A DNA stretch of 64,000 bases, taken from positions 18,741 through 82,740 of the forward strand of contig JAJEIH010000150.1 in NCBI GenBank assembly GCA_022827685.1, read 5' to 3'. How positions within the stretch are numbered: position 1 is the stretch's first letter; each line of letters opens with the position of its first letter. The notes below the pieces were generated by a model. It made no database searches, had not been told where the DNA came from, and saw nothing but the letters and a program-made list of their open reading frames with translations. Shown here one piece after another: positions 38,965-51,751 of the stretch. This stretch comes from Alphaproteobacteria bacterium (GTDB taxonomy: Bacteria > Pseudomonadota > Alphaproteobacteria > Bin95). Made by a program: the position numbers and the translations under genes.

Positions 38965-40299
38965 CTAAACCGCCGCCCTTATGTCGGCGGCAAGGCTCTC
39001 CACGACCTCGCCGACGAGATGCTCGTCCTCGGCCTCGGCCATGATGCGGATCAGCGGCTCGGTGCCGGACTTGCGGATCAGCAGCCGCCCGACGCCGTCC
39101 AGCCGGGCTTCGGCGTCCGCCACCGCCTTCTGCACGGCGGGCGCCGCCAGCGGGTCGCGCGCGCCGTAGCGCACATTCTCGAGGCGCTGCGGCAGCGGCT
39201 CGAAGAGGGCAAGCGCTTCCGATGCCGGCTTGCCGCCCGCCACAAGCTCCGCCAGCACCTGCAGCGCCGCCAGCAGGCCGTCGCCGGTCGCGGAAAAGTC
39301 GCGCAGCACGACATGCCCGGACTGTTCGCCGCCGAGATTGAGGCCGTTGGCGCGCATATGCTCGACCACATAGCGGTCGCCGACGCGAGTGCGCTCCAGG
39401 CCGAGCCCGATGCCGTCGAGATAGCGTTCGAGGCCGAGATTGGACATGACCGTCGCTGCGACCGCGCCGCCGCGCAGCTGGCCGCGCCGCTGCCAGGCGG
39501 TTGCGATGAGCGCCATCACACGGTCGCCGTCCACCGGCCTGCCGGTTTCGTCGGCCAGCACCAGGCGGTCGGCGTCGCCGTCGAGAGAGAGGCCGATATC
39601 GGCGCCGTGCTCCCGCACCGCCCGGCAGATCGTCTCCGGATGCGCGGCGCCGCAGGCCTCGTTGATGTTCATGCCGTCCGGCGAAACGGCGACCGGAATG
39701 ACCTCCGCGCCAAGCTCCCACAGCACGGCGGGGGCCACCCGGTAGGCGGCCCCGTTGGCGCAATCGACCGCGATTCTGAGCCCGTCGAGCCGCATGCCCT
39801 GGGGAAAGCTGCTCTTCACGGCCTCGATATAGCGGCCCTGCGCGTCCTCCATGCGCCGGGCGCGGCCGAGCGCTTCCGGGGCGGCGCGGCGGCTCTCGAC
39901 CTCGGCCATGGCCGCTTCGACCGCCTGTTCCTGGGCATCGGAGAGCTTGTAGCCGTCGGGGCCGAAAATCTTGATGCCGTTGTCGTGGAAGGGGTTGTGC
40001 GAGGCGGACAGCATGACGCCGAGATCGGCCCGGAGCGAGCGCGTCAGCACGGAAACCGCCGGTGTCGGCAGCGGGCCGACCGTCACCGCGTCCCAGCCGA
40101 GCGCGATGAAGCCGCAGACCAGCGCCGGCTCCAGCAGATAGCCGGAAAGGCGCGTGTCCTTGGCGATCACGGCGGTCCGGTGCCCGTCGCCGCCGAAGCG
40201 GGCCGCCGCCGCCATCGCCACGCGCATGATCGTCTCCGGCGTCATCGGCTCGACATTCGCGCGCCCGCGAACGCCGTCCGTGCCGAACAGCCGGCGCAT
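38965..40299 (-). CDS. glmM: phosphoglucosamine mutase
   Basis: FGTDGVRG directly after the MRRL start (40299). Active-site loop [13 protein letters not shown]. The stop TAG (38965-38967) coincides with the IS end and target duplication. Confidence 0.93.
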   Translation of the reverse strand: MRRLFGTDGVRGRANVEPMTPETIMRVAMAAAARFGGDGHRTAVIAKDTRLSGYLLEPALVCGFIALGWDAVTVGPLPTPAVSVLTRSLRADLGVMLSASHNPFHDNGIKIFGPDGYKLSDAQEQAVEAAMAEVESRRAAPEALGRARRMEDAQGRYIEAVKSSFPQGMRLDGLRIAVDCANGAAYRVAPAVLWELGAEVIPVAVSPDGMNINEACGAAHPETICRAVREHGADIGLSLDGDADRLVLADETGRPVDGDRVMALIATAWQRRGQLRGGAVAATVMSNLGLERYLDGIGLGLERTRVGDRYVVEHMRANGLNLGGEQSGHVVLRDFSATGDGLLAALQVLAELVAGGKPASEALALFEPLPQRLENVRYGARDPLAAPAVQKAVADAEARLDGVGRLLIRKSGTEPLIRIMAEAEDEHLVGEVVESLAADIRAAV

Positions 40300-40318
40300 T
40301 CCGGTCCCGTCCATGGCT

Positions 40319-41152
40319 TCAAACATGGCGAAGCGCCCGCCAGACCGCAAGCGCGCGGCAGGTCTCCCCGACATCGTGGACCCGGAGCAGGCGCACGCCC
40401 CGGTCCAGCGCGAACAGGCCGGCCGCCAGCGATTCGGGGAAGCGGCGCTTCGGGTCCGGCTCGCCCGAGATGCGCCCGAGCGACGCCTTGCGCGACACGC
40501 CGACGGCGACCGTGCAGCCGAGCGCGCCGAAGCGCTCTAGGCCGCGCAGCAGGGCCAGATTGTGCTCAAGGGTCTTGCCGAAGCCGTAACCGGGATCGAC
40601 GGCGAGGCGCTCGGGACCGATGCCCGCCGCCCGGCAGGCTTCGACCCGGCCGGCGAGGAAGGCGAACACCTCCTCCACCACGTCCTCATAGCGCGGGTCG
40701 TCCTGCATGGTCTCCGGCCTGCCCTGCATGTGGACCAGCACGGCGCTCGCGCCCGTCTCGGCCACGAGGCTGAGCGAGGCCGGGTCGGCGGTAAGCGCCG
40801 AGACGTCGTTGGCGACGGAGGCGCCGGCGGCGAGCGCGGCGCGCAGCACGCCTGGATGGCGTGTATCGACGGAGACCGGAATGCCGTCCGCCGCCAGCGC
40901 CGCCACCACCGGCAGGACGCGGCGGCATTCCTCCGCCTCATCGACCTCGACGGCGCCGGGGCGGGTCGATTCGCCGCCGACATCGACAATATCGGCACCG
41001 GCCGCCGCAAGCGCCCGGCCCTGCCCGACAGCGGCCTGCGGGTCGGACCAGTCGCCGCCGTCGGAGAAGCTGTCGGGGGTCACGTTCACCACGCCCATGA
41101 CCAGCGGCCTCCGGGTGGAGAGGCCGGCGAAACGGGAGGGCTGCCTGGACAA
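40319..41152 (-). CDS. folP: dihydropteroate synthase
   Basis: [25 protein letters not shown] and DPGYGFGK motifs. Confidence 0.93.
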   Translation of the reverse strand: MSRQPSRFAGLSTRRPLVMGVVNVTPDSFSDGGDWSDPQAAVGQGRALAAAGADIVDVGGESTRPGAVEVDEAEECRRVLPVVAALAADGIPVSVDTRHPGVLRAALAAGASVANDVSALTADPASLSLVAETGASAVLVHMQGRPETMQDDPRYEDVVEEVFAFLAGRVEACRAAGIGPERLAVDPGYGFGKTLEHNLALLRGLERFGALGCTVAVGVSRKASLGRISGEPDPKRRFPESLAAGLFALDRGVRLLRVHDVGETCRALAVWRALRHV

Positions 41153-41181
41153 AGGGCCGGGACCGGCGCCGGCTGGAGCGC

Positions 41182-43122
<1,941 letters not shown>

Positions 43123-43164
43123 ATGCCTCCGGCCGGCGAGGAACGGTGAGGGGGACTCCCGATC

Positions 43165-44448
43165 CTAGTTAAGTTCCGCGCCGCTGGAAACAAGGGCAAA
43201 TCCCGGGCCCGCCAGCGGAACGCGCGGCCGGAATGTCGCATAAGGATATGCCGCTTCGTCAAGATGGCATGCCGCGCCGTCCGGTTCGAGCAGGCGGCCG
43301 TCCGCGGAAAAGAAGGCGGGCAGGGCGCGGTCGAGCGCGGCGGGCCAGGGGCGGGAATTCGCTGCCGCCGCCCGCGGCCGGCGCCCCACCGCGACCGGAG
43401 ACGGGCCCGGATTGACGACCTCGAAGCGTCCGTCCCAGAGGTCGCGTCCGCCGGGGCCGAGCCGCAGCACCTCCCCGATCCGCCCGGCCTCCCGCCCGCA
43501 CCACCAGCCGGCGCGGGTCCGCATCAGGGCGCAGCCGCCCAGAACGCGCGCCGCAGGCGCGTCCCTGAGGCGCGCGGCGAGCCCGGCGATCCTGGCGCTG
43601 CGGGGCGGGTGGACCTTGCCGCCCAGGGTCGCAAGCAGGCGGCCGAGCGCGGCCTCGCCGTCCGGCGAGGCAAGTATCCGGGCCAGATCGACGCGCGCGA
43701 CGCCGCTGTCATGGAGTTCGACCGTCCTGGCGAGCAGATCGGCCGCGCCGTCCTCCAACTCCCGGCGACGGGATGCCCGCATGGCTGCCTCCCGGCCCAG
43801 CCGGGCCAGTTGCGCAGGCGTCATGGCGGCGCGCAGGCGGCCCCTCGCCGAGGCGGGCGCGAGATTGGTCGGGTCGTCGATCCATGCAACGCCGAGGCGG
43901 ACCAGATAGGCTTCAAGCTCGCGCCGCGGCCGGTCCAGCAGCGGACGGAGCAGGCGCATATCGGCAAGCTCGGAGACGGGCGCCATGGCGGCAAGGCCCG
44001 CCTCGCCGCTGCCGCGTTCGGCGCGCATCGCCGCGGTCTCACCCTGGTCCTCCAGATGGTGGCCGAGCAGCAGGTGCAGGGCCCCGGCGTCCCGGCAGGC
44101 TTCGGCGAGCAGTTCGTAGCGCGCCCTGCGCGCTGCCGCCTGCGTGTTTCCGGGGGCGAGCGGCCCGGTGCGGGTGAGGATGCGGTGGGGAATGCCGAAA
44201 GGCGCGAGCCGGGCGCCCGCAATCGCTGCCTCATCGGCGGCTTCGGCCCTGAGCCGGTGATCGACGGTAAAAGCCAGAAGCTCTCCGCCGCGCGCGGCGG
44301 TCCATGCCCTGGCCATCAGGGCCAGCGCCGTGCTGTCGCGCCCGCCGGAGACCGCGGCGGCGATGCGCGGCGCGCCCTCGAACGGGCCCAGCCGCGCCAT
44401 GGCGCAGTCGAATGCCGGGTCGGAAGGCGGCGGGTCGGGCGTCAGCAC
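43165..44448 (-). CDS. tilS: tRNA lysidine(34) synthetase
   Basis: PP-loop AAVSGGRDSTAL. Canonical position upstream of ftsH. Confidence 0.85.
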   Translation of the reverse strand: MLTPDPPPSDPAFDCAMARLGPFEGAPRIAAAVSGGRDSTALALMARAWTAARGGELLAFTVDHRLRAEAADEAAIAGARLAPFGIPHRILTRTGPLAPGNTQAAARRARYELLAEACRDAGALHLLLGHHLEDQGETAAMRAERGSGEAGLAAMAPVSELADMRLLRPLLDRPRRELEAYLVRLGVAWIDDPTNLAPASARGRLRAAMTPAQLARLGREAAMRASRRRELEDGAADLLARTVELHDSGVARVDLARILASPDGEAALGRLLATLGGKVHPPRSARIAGLAARLRDAPAARVLGGCALMRTRAGWWCGREAGRIGEVLRLGPGGRDLWDGRFEVVNPGPSPVAVGRRPRAAAANSRPWPAALDRALPAFFSADGRLLEPDGAACHLDEAAYPYATFRPRVPLAGPGFALVSSGAELN

Positions 44449-45119
44449 TTCAGCCGCCGGCGCTCGGCGTCGGCGGCGGCGATAACGGCGGACGGCGCCT
44501 GCTTGTGCTTGCGCGAGAGCCGCGACAACGCAATGCAGGCTTCCTCTTCCTTGCCGAGCGCGGCGAACGCCCGCCCGAGCTTCAACAGGTTGTCGGGAGC
44601 CTTTGGACCTTCCGGGTCCTTCTCGTAAGCGAGCAGGAATTGCTGCGCGGCAGCGTCGTGCTTGCCCTGTCCGGCAAAACTGGTCGCAAGCCAGTGCCTG
44701 GCATTGTTGGCCAGTTCATGCCCGGCGAAATCCTCCAGGAAAGTCGCAAACGCCGCCTCCGCTTCCGGCAGGCGCGCCTGCAGCAGCATGTTCCGGCCCT
44801 GCTTGTACAACTCCAGGGCGTCGCCCTGGGGCAGCGTGGCCGGCTGTTGCGCTTCGGTCTCGCCTGACCCTGCAACCGGCGGGACGGCGGCGCCGGCATC
44901 CGCCGCCGGCTGCTCTGCGGCTGCTTTCTCCAGCGCCTCGATGCGCGACTCCAGGCCTTCGACCTGGCGCCGCAGCTGTTCGACGGTGTTGTTGAGGTCG
45001 CGCAGGTCGCGCTCATAAGCCGAGAGCCGGTTCAGGATCGGGAGCAGCGCCTGGTCCGCCGTCTGCGCCGCTGCCGTCGAGGGCAGGGCGCAGAGCAGCA
45101 GGAATGCCAGAACGCGCAT
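44442..45119 (-). CDS. cpoB: Tol-Pal system protein YbgF/CpoB
   Basis: Signal peptide, N-terminal coiled coil (LRDLNNTVEQLRRQVEGLESRIEALE), C-terminal TPR region. Lies downstream of pal. Confidence 0.85.
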   Translation of the reverse strand: MRVLAFLLLCALPSTAAAQTADQALLPILNRLSAYERDLRDLNNTVEQLRRQVEGLESRIEALEKAAAEQPAADAGAAVPPVAGSGETEAQQPATLPQGDALELYKQGRNMLLQARLPEAEAAFATFLEDFAGHELANNARHWLATSFAGQGKHDAAAQQFLLAYEKDPEGPKAPDNLLKLGRAFAALGKEEEACIALSRLSRKHKQAPSAVIAAADAERRRLKC

Positions 45120-45126
45120 GGCCGGA

Positions 45127-45651
45127 TCAGTCGAGGATCATCACCGAACGGCGGTTCTGGGCCCAGGCTTCCTCGTTCGATTCGACCGCGACGGGCCTTT
45201 CCTTGCCGTAGCTGACGATCCGCACCCGGTTGGCGTCGATGCCGGAGGCGAGCAGGTAGCTGCGCACCTCGGCGGCGCGCCGTTCGCCAAGCGCCAGGTT
45301 GTATTCGCGCGTGCCGCGCTCGTCTGCGTGGCCTTCGACGACCACCGAGAGGCCGCCATGCGCGGTGAGCCAGTTCGCCCAGGCCGCGACCTGGTCCTGT
45401 GCCCCCGTGTCGAGGTCGTGCCGGTCGTAGGCGAAATTCACCCGGTCGCCGATCACCTGTTGCAACTCTTCTGCCGAGCCCGGCGGCGGCGCCAGCGCCC
45501 GCGAGTCGACCCCTTGGTCCTGCTTGGCCGCCTGGGCGCCCGCCGTAGCTCCCGGCTGGCCGTCCGCCTTGCCTTCATCCAGGTTCGAGCCCGTCTCGCA
45601 GGCGGCGAGGAACACCAGGGCCAGCACCGGCACCAGCAGTTTCATCGACAT
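45127..45651 (-). CDS. pal: peptidoglycan-associated lipoprotein Pal
   Basis: Lipobox LAAC after MSMKLLVPVLALVF. OmpA-like domain GHADERGTREYNLALGERRA. AGGAGA SD. Confidence 0.93.
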   Translation of the reverse strand: MSMKLLVPVLALVFLAACETGSNLDEGKADGQPGATAGAQAAKQDQGVDSRALAPPPGSAEELQQVIGDRVNFAYDRHDLDTGAQDQVAAWANWLTAHGGLSVVVEGHADERGTREYNLALGERRAAEVRSYLLASGIDANRVRIVSYGKERPVAVESNEEAWAQNRRSVMILD

Positions 45652-45736
45652 GCGGATTCTCCTTTGGTCTCGCGGCATGTCAGCCGGCCGCGAATCGGCG
45701 CCATTGTGCTGCATTCGATACGCGGCACAAGGGCAT

Positions 45737-47071
45737 TCACGGGGAAATCGGCGACCAGGCCGGGTCGGATGCGTCCGTTTCCGTCGCGATCCGGCGCGGT
45801 GCGCCTCCAATGATGTTGACCTGCCACAAACCGGGCGAATAACCCACGCGGCGATCTCTTGCGCTGTCCTGCTTGAAATAGGCCAGCACGCGCCCGTTCG
45901 GCGACCATGTCGGCCCTTCGGCATGGTAGGCCGAATCGAGGATTCTCGCCTCGGTGCCGTCGGGGCGCATGGTGCCTATATGGAACTGCCCGCCCAGGAT
46001 CCTGGTAAAGGCGATGAGGTCGCCGCGCGGAGACCAGACCGGCGTCGCGAACCGCCCCTTGCCGGTGCTGATCCGGCGCGGGTCGGAGCCGTCCGCGTTC
46101 ATCACATAGAGCTGCTGGGTGCCGCTCCGCTTGGATTCGAAGACGATCCGGGAGCCGTCCGGGCTGAAGGAAGCCGCCGCGTCGATGCCGGCCGTGTGCG
46201 TCAGGCGAGTGAGCCTGCGTGTGCCGAGGTCCATCGAGAAGATGTCGGAATTGCCTTCTTCCTGGGTCATCGTAATGAGCACGCTGTCGCCGTCCGGGGA
46301 GAAGCGCGGCGCGTATTGCATGCCGGGAAACCGGCCGAGCGCTTCGCGCTGGTCGGAGTCGATATTGAGGATATGGACGCTTGGCGGCTGGTTCGGACGG
46401 TCGTAGGAAAGGTAGATGATTTCCTGCTTGGTCGGCGAGAAGCGGGGTGTCAGCACCAGGTTGGCCCCGTCCGTGAGATAGCGCGCGCGCGCGCCGTCCT
46501 GGTCCATCAGCACCAGCCGCTTGCGGCGCTTGTCCCCGGGTCCCGTCTCCGAGACGAAGACGATGCGGCTGTCGAAATAGCCTTCCTCGCCCGTGACCTC
46601 CTTGTAGATGGTGTCGGCGATCTTGTGGGCGAGGCGGCGCCAGTTCTCGGGCAGGGTGGTGTATGTCACGCCCACGACCTGCTGCTGCGTGAGCACATCC
46701 CAGAGCCGGAACAGGGCATGCAGGCGGCCGTCCGGCTGCATCGAGGTCTTGCCGACGACCAGCAGATGAGAGCCGATAACGCGCCAATTGTTGAAGTTCG
46801 GGCGAAGGTCGGCATCTTCCGGGCGAGAGAGGAAAGCTTCCTCGGAGAGGGCGCGGAAAAGGCCGGACCGCTCCAGGTCGGCGCTGATGACACCGGCCAT
46901 GTCATCCCCGAAACGGTCGGCTTCCCTGTCCTCGCCGGTGAACGGCACGATTGCGACAGGCACCGGATCGGGAACGCCCTCGGTGATGTCGATGGTCACC
47001 TGCGCCGCGGCCGGCAAGGCGGCTGCAAGCAGCATCGGGAGCAGGAGAAGGCGGAGAAACGGGAGCAGCAT
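45737..47071 (-). CDS. tolB: Tol-Pal system beta-propeller protein TolB
   Basis: 444 aa with a signal peptide. Repeated PxxSPDG propeller motifs. Confidence 0.95.
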   Translation of the reverse strand: MLLPFLRLLLLPMLLAAALPAAAQVTIDITEGVPDPVPVAIVPFTGEDREADRFGDDMAGVISADLERSGLFRALSEEAFLSRPEDADLRPNFNNWRVIGSHLLVVGKTSMQPDGRLHALFRLWDVLTQQQVVGVTYTTLPENWRRLAHKIADTIYKEVTGEEGYFDSRIVFVSETGPGDKRRKRLVLMDQDGARARYLTDGANLVLTPRFSPTKQEIIYLSYDRPNQPPSVHILNIDSDQREALGRFPGMQYAPRFSPDGDSVLITMTQEEGNSDIFSMDLGTRRLTRLTHTAGIDAAASFSPDGSRIVFESKRSGTQQLYVMNADGSDPRRISTGKGRFATPVWSPRGDLIAFTRILGGQFHIGTMRPDGTEARILDSAYHAEGPTWSPNGRVLAYFKQDSARDRRVGYSPGLWQVNIIGGAPRRIATETDASDPAWSPISP

Positions 47072-47089
47072 GGTCGCAGGCCTCCTCGT

Positions 47090-48043
47090 CTATTGCATTC
47101 GGTGCGGGTCGAACCGCAAGTTCAACGACTTCCAGAGCGCCATCTTGCCCGCAGGCACATCGAGCTGCTCGCAGAACGGATGGCCAAGCGCGCGTCGCGC
47201 CCGCTCCTGCGCGGCGCGGTAGCTGCGGCTGCTCTGGCCGTCCACAGCCTTGACCGAGGTGACGCGGCGGTCCGGGCCGAGCTCGACCTGGAGCACGACG
47301 ACATGGCGTTCGGAGGGCGCGAGGCCTGGGATCGTCTGCCAGCAGCGGGAAAGCTGCCGGAACAGACGGTGCTTCTCCGAGATGGTGAACACCGCCTCCT
47401 CGGCCTCCTCGCCGGGCGCCGGAGTCTTGTCTGCGAGCGCGCTTCTGAGCTTGTCCAGGTCGTTCCGGCTTGCGGCCTTGCGCAATGCCGCCAGCTCGTC
47501 GGGCGGATCCTTGGGCGCGGCCTGCGGCAGCGGCGGAGGCTCGGGCGCGGGTTCCGGAGGTTTGGGCGGCGCCTTTGCCCGCGCTTGCTGCTGCGGCGGG
47601 CGTTGCGGCAGGGGCGGCGGCTTCGGGTCGGAGGCCGGCGGCTCGGGCTCGGGTTCCGGCGGGCTCGGCGGCAGCGGTGCGGCCACCGGCTCGGGCTCGG
47701 GCGGCAGTGGTTCCGGCTTCGACGGTTCGGGAGCGAGTGCGGCCAACTCCACCGGCTCTTCCCGTTTCGGCGGCTCCGCCGGCGGCGTCTCAACGGGGGG
47801 TGTCTCAACAGGCGGAGGTTCCGCGGCGACCGGCTCAGGCTCCGGCGGCGCTTCCTGCGGCAAGGGCTCCGCCGGCGGCAGGGGCGCTTTCGCTTCCGTG
47901 CGCTCGCTCACCACGGTGACCGTGACGGGAACAGCCATCTCGAACGGGTCAGGCGGCTCGTGCAGCGCCGGCAGGCCCACCGCGGCCAGGATAAGCAGGC
48001 CGAGATGGGCGAGGACCGAGAGAAGCAGGCTCGAATGGCTCAC
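47090..48043 (-). CDS. tolA: cell envelope integrity protein TolA
   Basis: N-terminal TM, long Pro/Glu/Ala-rich spacer, C-terminal TonB/TolA-like domain. Lies between tolR and tolB. Confidence 0.8.
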   Translation of the reverse strand: MSHSSLLLSVLAHLGLLILAAVGLPALHEPPDPFEMAVPVTVTVVSERTEAKAPLPPAEPLPQEAPPEPEPVAAEPPPVETPPVETPPAEPPKREEPVELAALAPEPSKPEPLPPEPEPVAAPLPPSPPEPEPEPPASDPKPPPLPQRPPQQQARAKAPPKPPEPAPEPPPLPQAAPKDPPDELAALRKAASRNDLDKLRSALADKTPAPGEEAEEAVFTISEKHRLFRQLSRCWQTIPGLAPSERHVVVLQVELGPDRRVTSVKAVDGQSSRSYRAAQERARRALGHPFCEQLDVPAGKMALWKSLNLRFDPHRMQ

Positions 48044-48480
48044 GGCGATGATCCCGCGCGCGGCACTTCCGCCATCAGCGACACCTTGTCGAAGCCCGCC
48101 GCCGCCAGCGCGCCCATGACCTCCATCACCCGCCCGTAGTCGATGGCGCGGTCGCCGCGGACATAGACGAAGGCGTCCTGCCGGGCGCCCATGACCGCGC
48201 GGAGCTTAGCCGCAAGCCCGTCCAGACCCACTTCGGTCTCCTGGATATAGACCTTGCCCTCGGCATCGACGCTGACCACCAGCGGTTCGTCGCGGTCGGT
48301 GAGCTGCGCCGCCTCGGTCTCCGGCAGGTCCACCGGCACGCCGACGGTGAGCAGCGGGGCGGTTATCATGAACACCACCAGCAGCACCAGCATGACATCG
48401 ACCAGCGGCGTCACGTTGATCTCGCTCATCGGGCGGTATCTGCGCCCGCTCCGGCCCGGTCCTCCAAGCCAGGCCGCCAT
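48040..48480 (-). CDS. tolR: protein TolR (ExbD/TolR family)
   Basis: MSEINVTPLVDVMLVLLVVFMITAP motif. Confidence 0.9.
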   Translation of the reverse strand: MAAWLGGPGRSGRRYRPMSEINVTPLVDVMLVLLVVFMITAPLLTVGVPVDLPETEAAQLTDRDEPLVVSVDAEGKVYIQETEVGLDGLAAKLRAVMGARQDAFVYVRGDRAIDYGRVMEVMGALAAAGFDKVSLMAEVPRAGSSP

Positions 48481-48481
48481 G

Positions 48482-49213
48482 TCACCCGGCCTCCGAAAGC
48501 TCGCGCGAGGTGACGGTGACGACGTCGGCCACCAGCCCGTCGAGCCGCGCCCCGTAGCGGGCGATGTCGTTGGAGAACTTGTTGTAGGCGACGACCGCCG
48601 GGATTGCGGCGACCAGTCCGAGCGCGGTCGCGAACAGCGCCTCGGCGATGCCCGGCGCCACGACGGCGAGGTTGGTCTGCTTGGACGCCGCTATGGCGGC
48701 GAAGCTGTTCATGATGCCCCAGACCGTGCCGAACAGACCAATGAAGGGCGAGACCGAGCCCACCGAGGCGAGGAACATCATGTGCCGTTCGATACGATCC
48801 ATCCAGCGGCCGGCCTCGACCGTCATTACCCGTTCGACCCGCGCCTGCAGCGCATCGCGGGCGGCTGCGTCCCTGAGCGTCCCGCTCCCGAACGAACCCT
48901 GGAGTTCCAGCATCGCCTCGCCGAACACGCAGCTCATCGGGTCGCGGTCCTGGTGGTTGGTCTGCGTGTGCAGGTCTTCGAGGGAAGCGACCGACCAGAA
49001 CAGTTCCTCGAACCGGCCGGCGTCGCGGTTGAGGCGGCGCATCCGACGCCATTTGTCGAAAATGATCGCCCAGGACATGACGGAGGCGACCAGCAGCACG
49101 AGCATCACCGCCTTGACGACAAGATCAGCCTGCAGAAACAGGGCGAACGGAGACAGGGTGTCAGTCGCCGCAAGCGAACCCGTGACCAGACCTTGCACCA
49201 GTGAATCGTCCAT
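48482..49213 (-). CDS. tolQ: protein TolQ (MotA/TolQ/ExbB family)
   Basis: Start MDDSLVQ at 49213. GLFGTVWGIMNSF and AIAPGIAEAL-type motifs. Confidence 0.9.
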   Translation of the reverse strand: MDDSLVQGLVTGSLAATDTLSPFALFLQADLVVKAVMLVLLVASVMSWAIIFDKWRRMRRLNRDAGRFEELFWSVASLEDLHTQTNHQDRDPMSCVFGEAMLELQGSFGSGTLRDAAARDALQARVERVMTVEAGRWMDRIERHMMFLASVGSVSPFIGLFGTVWGIMNSFAAIAASKQTNLAVVAPGIAEALFATALGLVAAIPAVVAYNKFSNDIARYGARLDGLVADVVTVTSRELSEAG

Positions 49214-49220
49214 AGACCGC

Positions 49221-49655
49221 CTAACCTTCCCCCATGTCGCCCCGCAATTGGGCAAAAACATGGCGCAATTGCGCCGGAAGCCGCCTGGGGCGGCCGTTTT
49301 CGCCGAGTCTGGCGATACGGATGCGAATCGTCACCAGCAACTCGCCAGCCCGCCATATACTCTGCGCCAGCGACAATGTCGCGCCGCCGACGCCGGTCGG
49401 CCGCGTGCGCACTTCCAGCGCATCGTCGAGCCCGGCGGGCCGGTGGTAGCGGATCGTGCAATCGACCACGGCGAAGGCGATGCACCGATTGCTGTAGCCC
49501 AGCTCCCGAAGCAGTTCGGTTCGCGCACGCTCGGCGAAGCGCAGATAGGCGGCGTGATAGACGATGCCGCCCGCGTCGGTGTCCTCGTAGTAGGTCCGGA
49601 CCGGGAAGACATGGTCCTCCCGGCCGGGCCGCCCGTCCCCGGGGTCACGCTCCAT
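49221..49655 (-). CDS. ybgC: Tol-Pal associated acyl-CoA thioesterase YbgC (4HBT hotdog fold)
   Basis: [24 protein letters not shown] motif. 144 aa starting MERDPG; overlaps the ruvB 3' end by 11 nt. Confidence 0.85.
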   Translation of the reverse strand: MERDPGDGRPGREDHVFPVRTYYEDTDAGGIVYHAAYLRFAERARTELLRELGYSNRCIAFAVVDCTIRYHRPAGLDDALEVRTRPTGVGGATLSLAQSIWRAGELLVTIRIRIARLGENGRPRRLPAQLRHVFAQLRGDMGEG

Positions 49656-50667
49656 CGAACAGGTCCGCCGCGCTCCGCGGCGGCGTGAGGCCGAGGCATT
49701 CCCAGCCCTGGCGCGACAGCATGCGTCCGCGCGGCGTGCGCAGCACCAGCGCCTCGCGGATGAGATAGGGCTCCACGACCTCCTCGAGCACGTCGCGCTG
49801 CTCGGCGAGCGTGGCGGCCAGGGCTTCGGCTCCGGCCGGGCCGCCGCCATAGGCTTCGGCCAGGCAACGCATATAGCGCCGGTCCATCGCGTCCAGGCCA
49901 AGCCGGTCCACCTCCAGCTGCACCAGCGCGGCGTCTGCCGCCACGTCGTCGATCTCGCCGCGGCCGGCGACGGCTGCGAAGTCGTGGACCCGGCGGAGAA
50001 GACGCCCGGCAATCCGGGGCGTGCCACGCGCCCGGCGCGCGATCTCCAGCGCGCCGGCCCCGCTTGCCGGAATCCCGAGGAGCCCGGCGGCGCGCCTCAC
50101 GATGCGCGCCAGCTCCTCCGGCTCGTAGAATTCGAGCCGCAGCGGAATGCCGAAGCGTTCGCGCAGCGGCGTCGTCAGCAGGCCGGCGCGGGTCGTCGCG
50201 CCAACCAGGGTGAAGGGCGGCAGGTCGATGCGCACCGAGCGCGCGGCCGGCCCCTCGCCGATCATCAGGTCGAGCTGGCAGTCCTCCAGCGCCGGGTAGA
50301 GGATTTCCTCGACCGCCGGGTTCAGGCGGTGGATTTCGTCGATGAACAGCACGTCGCGCGGCTGGAGGTTGGTGAGCAGCGCCGCGAGGTCGCCGGCGCG
50401 GAGGATGACCGGGCCTGAAGTTGCGCGAAAACCGACGCCCAGTTCACGGGCGACGATCTGCGCGAGCGTCGTCTTGCCGAGGCCCGGGGGCCCGACGAAC
50501 AGTACATGATCCAGCGCCTCGCCGCGCGCCCTGGCCGCGTCGATGAAGACCTTCAGGTTCCGCCTGAGGCGTTCCTGGCCGACGAATTCGTCCAGCGTTT
50601 CCGGACGCAGCGCGGCGTCGCGGTCTCCCGGCCGGCGTTCCGGCATGACGCTGCGGTCCTCCGTCAC
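49645..50667 (-). CDS. ruvB: Holliday junction branch migration DNA helicase RuvB
   Basis: [11 protein letters not shown] Walker A, DEIHRL Walker B; full length, 340 aa. Confidence 0.97.
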   Translation of the reverse strand: MTEDRSVMPERRPGDRDAALRPETLDEFVGQERLRRNLKVFIDAARARGEALDHVLFVGPPGLGKTTLAQIVARELGVGFRATSGPVILRAGDLAALLTNLQPRDVLFIDEIHRLNPAVEEILYPALEDCQLDLMIGEGPAARSVRIDLPPFTLVGATTRAGLLTTPLRERFGIPLRLEFYEPEELARIVRRAAGLLGIPASGAGALEIARRARGTPRIAGRLLRRVHDFAAVAGRGEIDDVAADAALVQLEVDRLGLDAMDRRYMRCLAEAYGGGPAGAEALAATLAEQRDVLEEVVEPYLIREALVLRTPRGRMLSRQGWECLGLTPPRSAADLFDGA

Positions 50668-51257
50668 CCGGCAAGCTCCCGAAGGCTCGCCCGGATCAGG
50701 TCGTCGAAGCCGGCTTCCTCGCCGAGGCTGCGCCTGGCCGCCGCCGCGGCGGCGAGCGCCTCGGAGCGCCCGTAGCCGAGATTGACCAGTGCCGAGAGCA
50801 GCTCGTCCCCACCGCCGGCTCCCGTGGCGCCGGGTATGGAGGAGAGCGCTGCCGCCGGCATCTCGGCCTTGCCCTTCAGCTCGTTGACAATGCGCGCTGC
50901 AAGCCTCGGGCCGACGCCCTCGGCGCGGGTGAGCGCCTTGCGGTCCTCGGCCAGCAGGGCGGTCGCAAGCTCGTCGGGAGACAGCGCGGACAACAAGGCG
51001 AGCGCCACGCGCCCGCCGACGCCCTGTACGCCGGTCAGGTGCCGGAACCAGTCCCGCTCGGCGGTGTCGGCGAAACCGTAAAGCGCGATCGAATCCTCGC
51101 GGACCCGCGTCTCTACCAGAAGGGTGGCCTCGCGGCCGTTCTCCAGCCGCCCGGCGGTGCGGCTGGACGCCTGGACCAGATAGCCGACGCCGGCGACATC
51201 CACGATCAGCGCCTCGCCGTCGCCGAGGCCGACCCTGCCGGTCAGCCGCCCGATCAT
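50664..51257 (-). CDS. ruvA: Holliday junction branch migration protein RuvA
   Basis: [10 protein letters not shown]-terminus and HhH motifs ([16 protein letters not shown]). ATGA-type overlaps on both sides. Confidence 0.95.
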   Translation of the reverse strand: MIGRLTGRVGLGDGEALIVDVAGVGYLVQASSRTAGRLENGREATLLVETRVREDSIALYGFADTAERDWFRHLTGVQGVGGRVALALLSALSPDELATALLAEDRKALTRAEGVGPRLAARIVNELKGKAEMPAAALSSIPGATGAGGGDELLSALVNLGYGRSEALAAAAAARRSLGEEAGFDDLIRASLRELAG

Positions 51258-51751
51258 CCGGCCGCCGCCGCGAAAGGCATCCGGTGCGCGTGCGCGACCG
51301 CGACCGCCAGCGCGTCGGCGGCGTCGGGGCCGGCCGGATTGCAGCCGGGCAGCAGGATTCCGATCATGTATTGCACCTGCGCCTTGTCCGCCCCGCCGGC
51401 GCCGACCAGCGCCTTCTTCACGCTCCTCGGAGCATATTCGGCAACCGGCAACCCGGCATTTGCGGCTGCGACCAGCGCCGCGCCGCGCGCCATGCCGAGC
51501 TTCAGCGCCGCGGCCGGGCTGCGGTGGACGAATACCTCCTCGACCGCCGCCATGTCCGGCGCGTATTGCCGGATCACCTGCGTCACGCCCGCGAAGAGTT
51601 CGGCCAGCCGGTCGGCCGTCCCGGCCTTCGGGTCCGGCTTGAGTTCGCCGTTGGCCACGTGGACGAGCCGGCTGCCATGAACGTCAACGATCCCCCACCC
51701 CGTGACCCGCAAGCCGGGGTCGAACCCGATGACGCGGCCGCCCCGGGTCAT
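51254..51751 (-). CDS. ruvC: crossover junction endodeoxyribonuclease RuvC
   Basis: [14 protein letters not shown]-terminus and [14 protein letters not shown]-terminal motif. Confidence 0.95.
   Translation of the reverse strand: MTRGGRVIGFDPGLRVTGWGIVDVHGSRLVHVANGELKPDPKAGTADRLAELFAGVTQVIRQYAPDMAAVEEVFVHRSPAAALKLGMARGAALVAAANAGLPVAEYAPRSVKKALVGAGGADKAQVQYMIGILLPGCNPAGPDAADALAVAVAHAHRMPFAAAAG

Larger units (their letters stand above)
38115..38965 (-). mobile_element. IS5-family insertion sequence (IS427-group-like), about 851 bp, apparently intact
   Basis: Imperfect terminal IRs GGCAGAATCGACATTCA (38115-38131) and TGAATGTCGATTGAACC (38949-38965) match in 14 of 17 positions. Flanking TA/TA (or CTA) direct repeat at 38113-38114 and 38966-38967. 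Two overlapping transposase frames lie inside. Confidence 0.85.

Noticed and set aside
47400-47900. DNA-level tandem repeats (GGCTCGGG / CCGGCGG-type periodicity)
   Set aside because: Explained by the Pro/Glu/Ala-rich low-complexity linker of TolA (PEPEP.. repeats). This is coding sequence, not an independent repeat element.
45524-48139. 871-aa ORF on the plus strand
   Set aside because: It lies antisense to tolB and tolA, and its composition is low-complexity Arg/Gly-rich. The Tol-Pal genes on the minus strand have clear motifs and canonical order.
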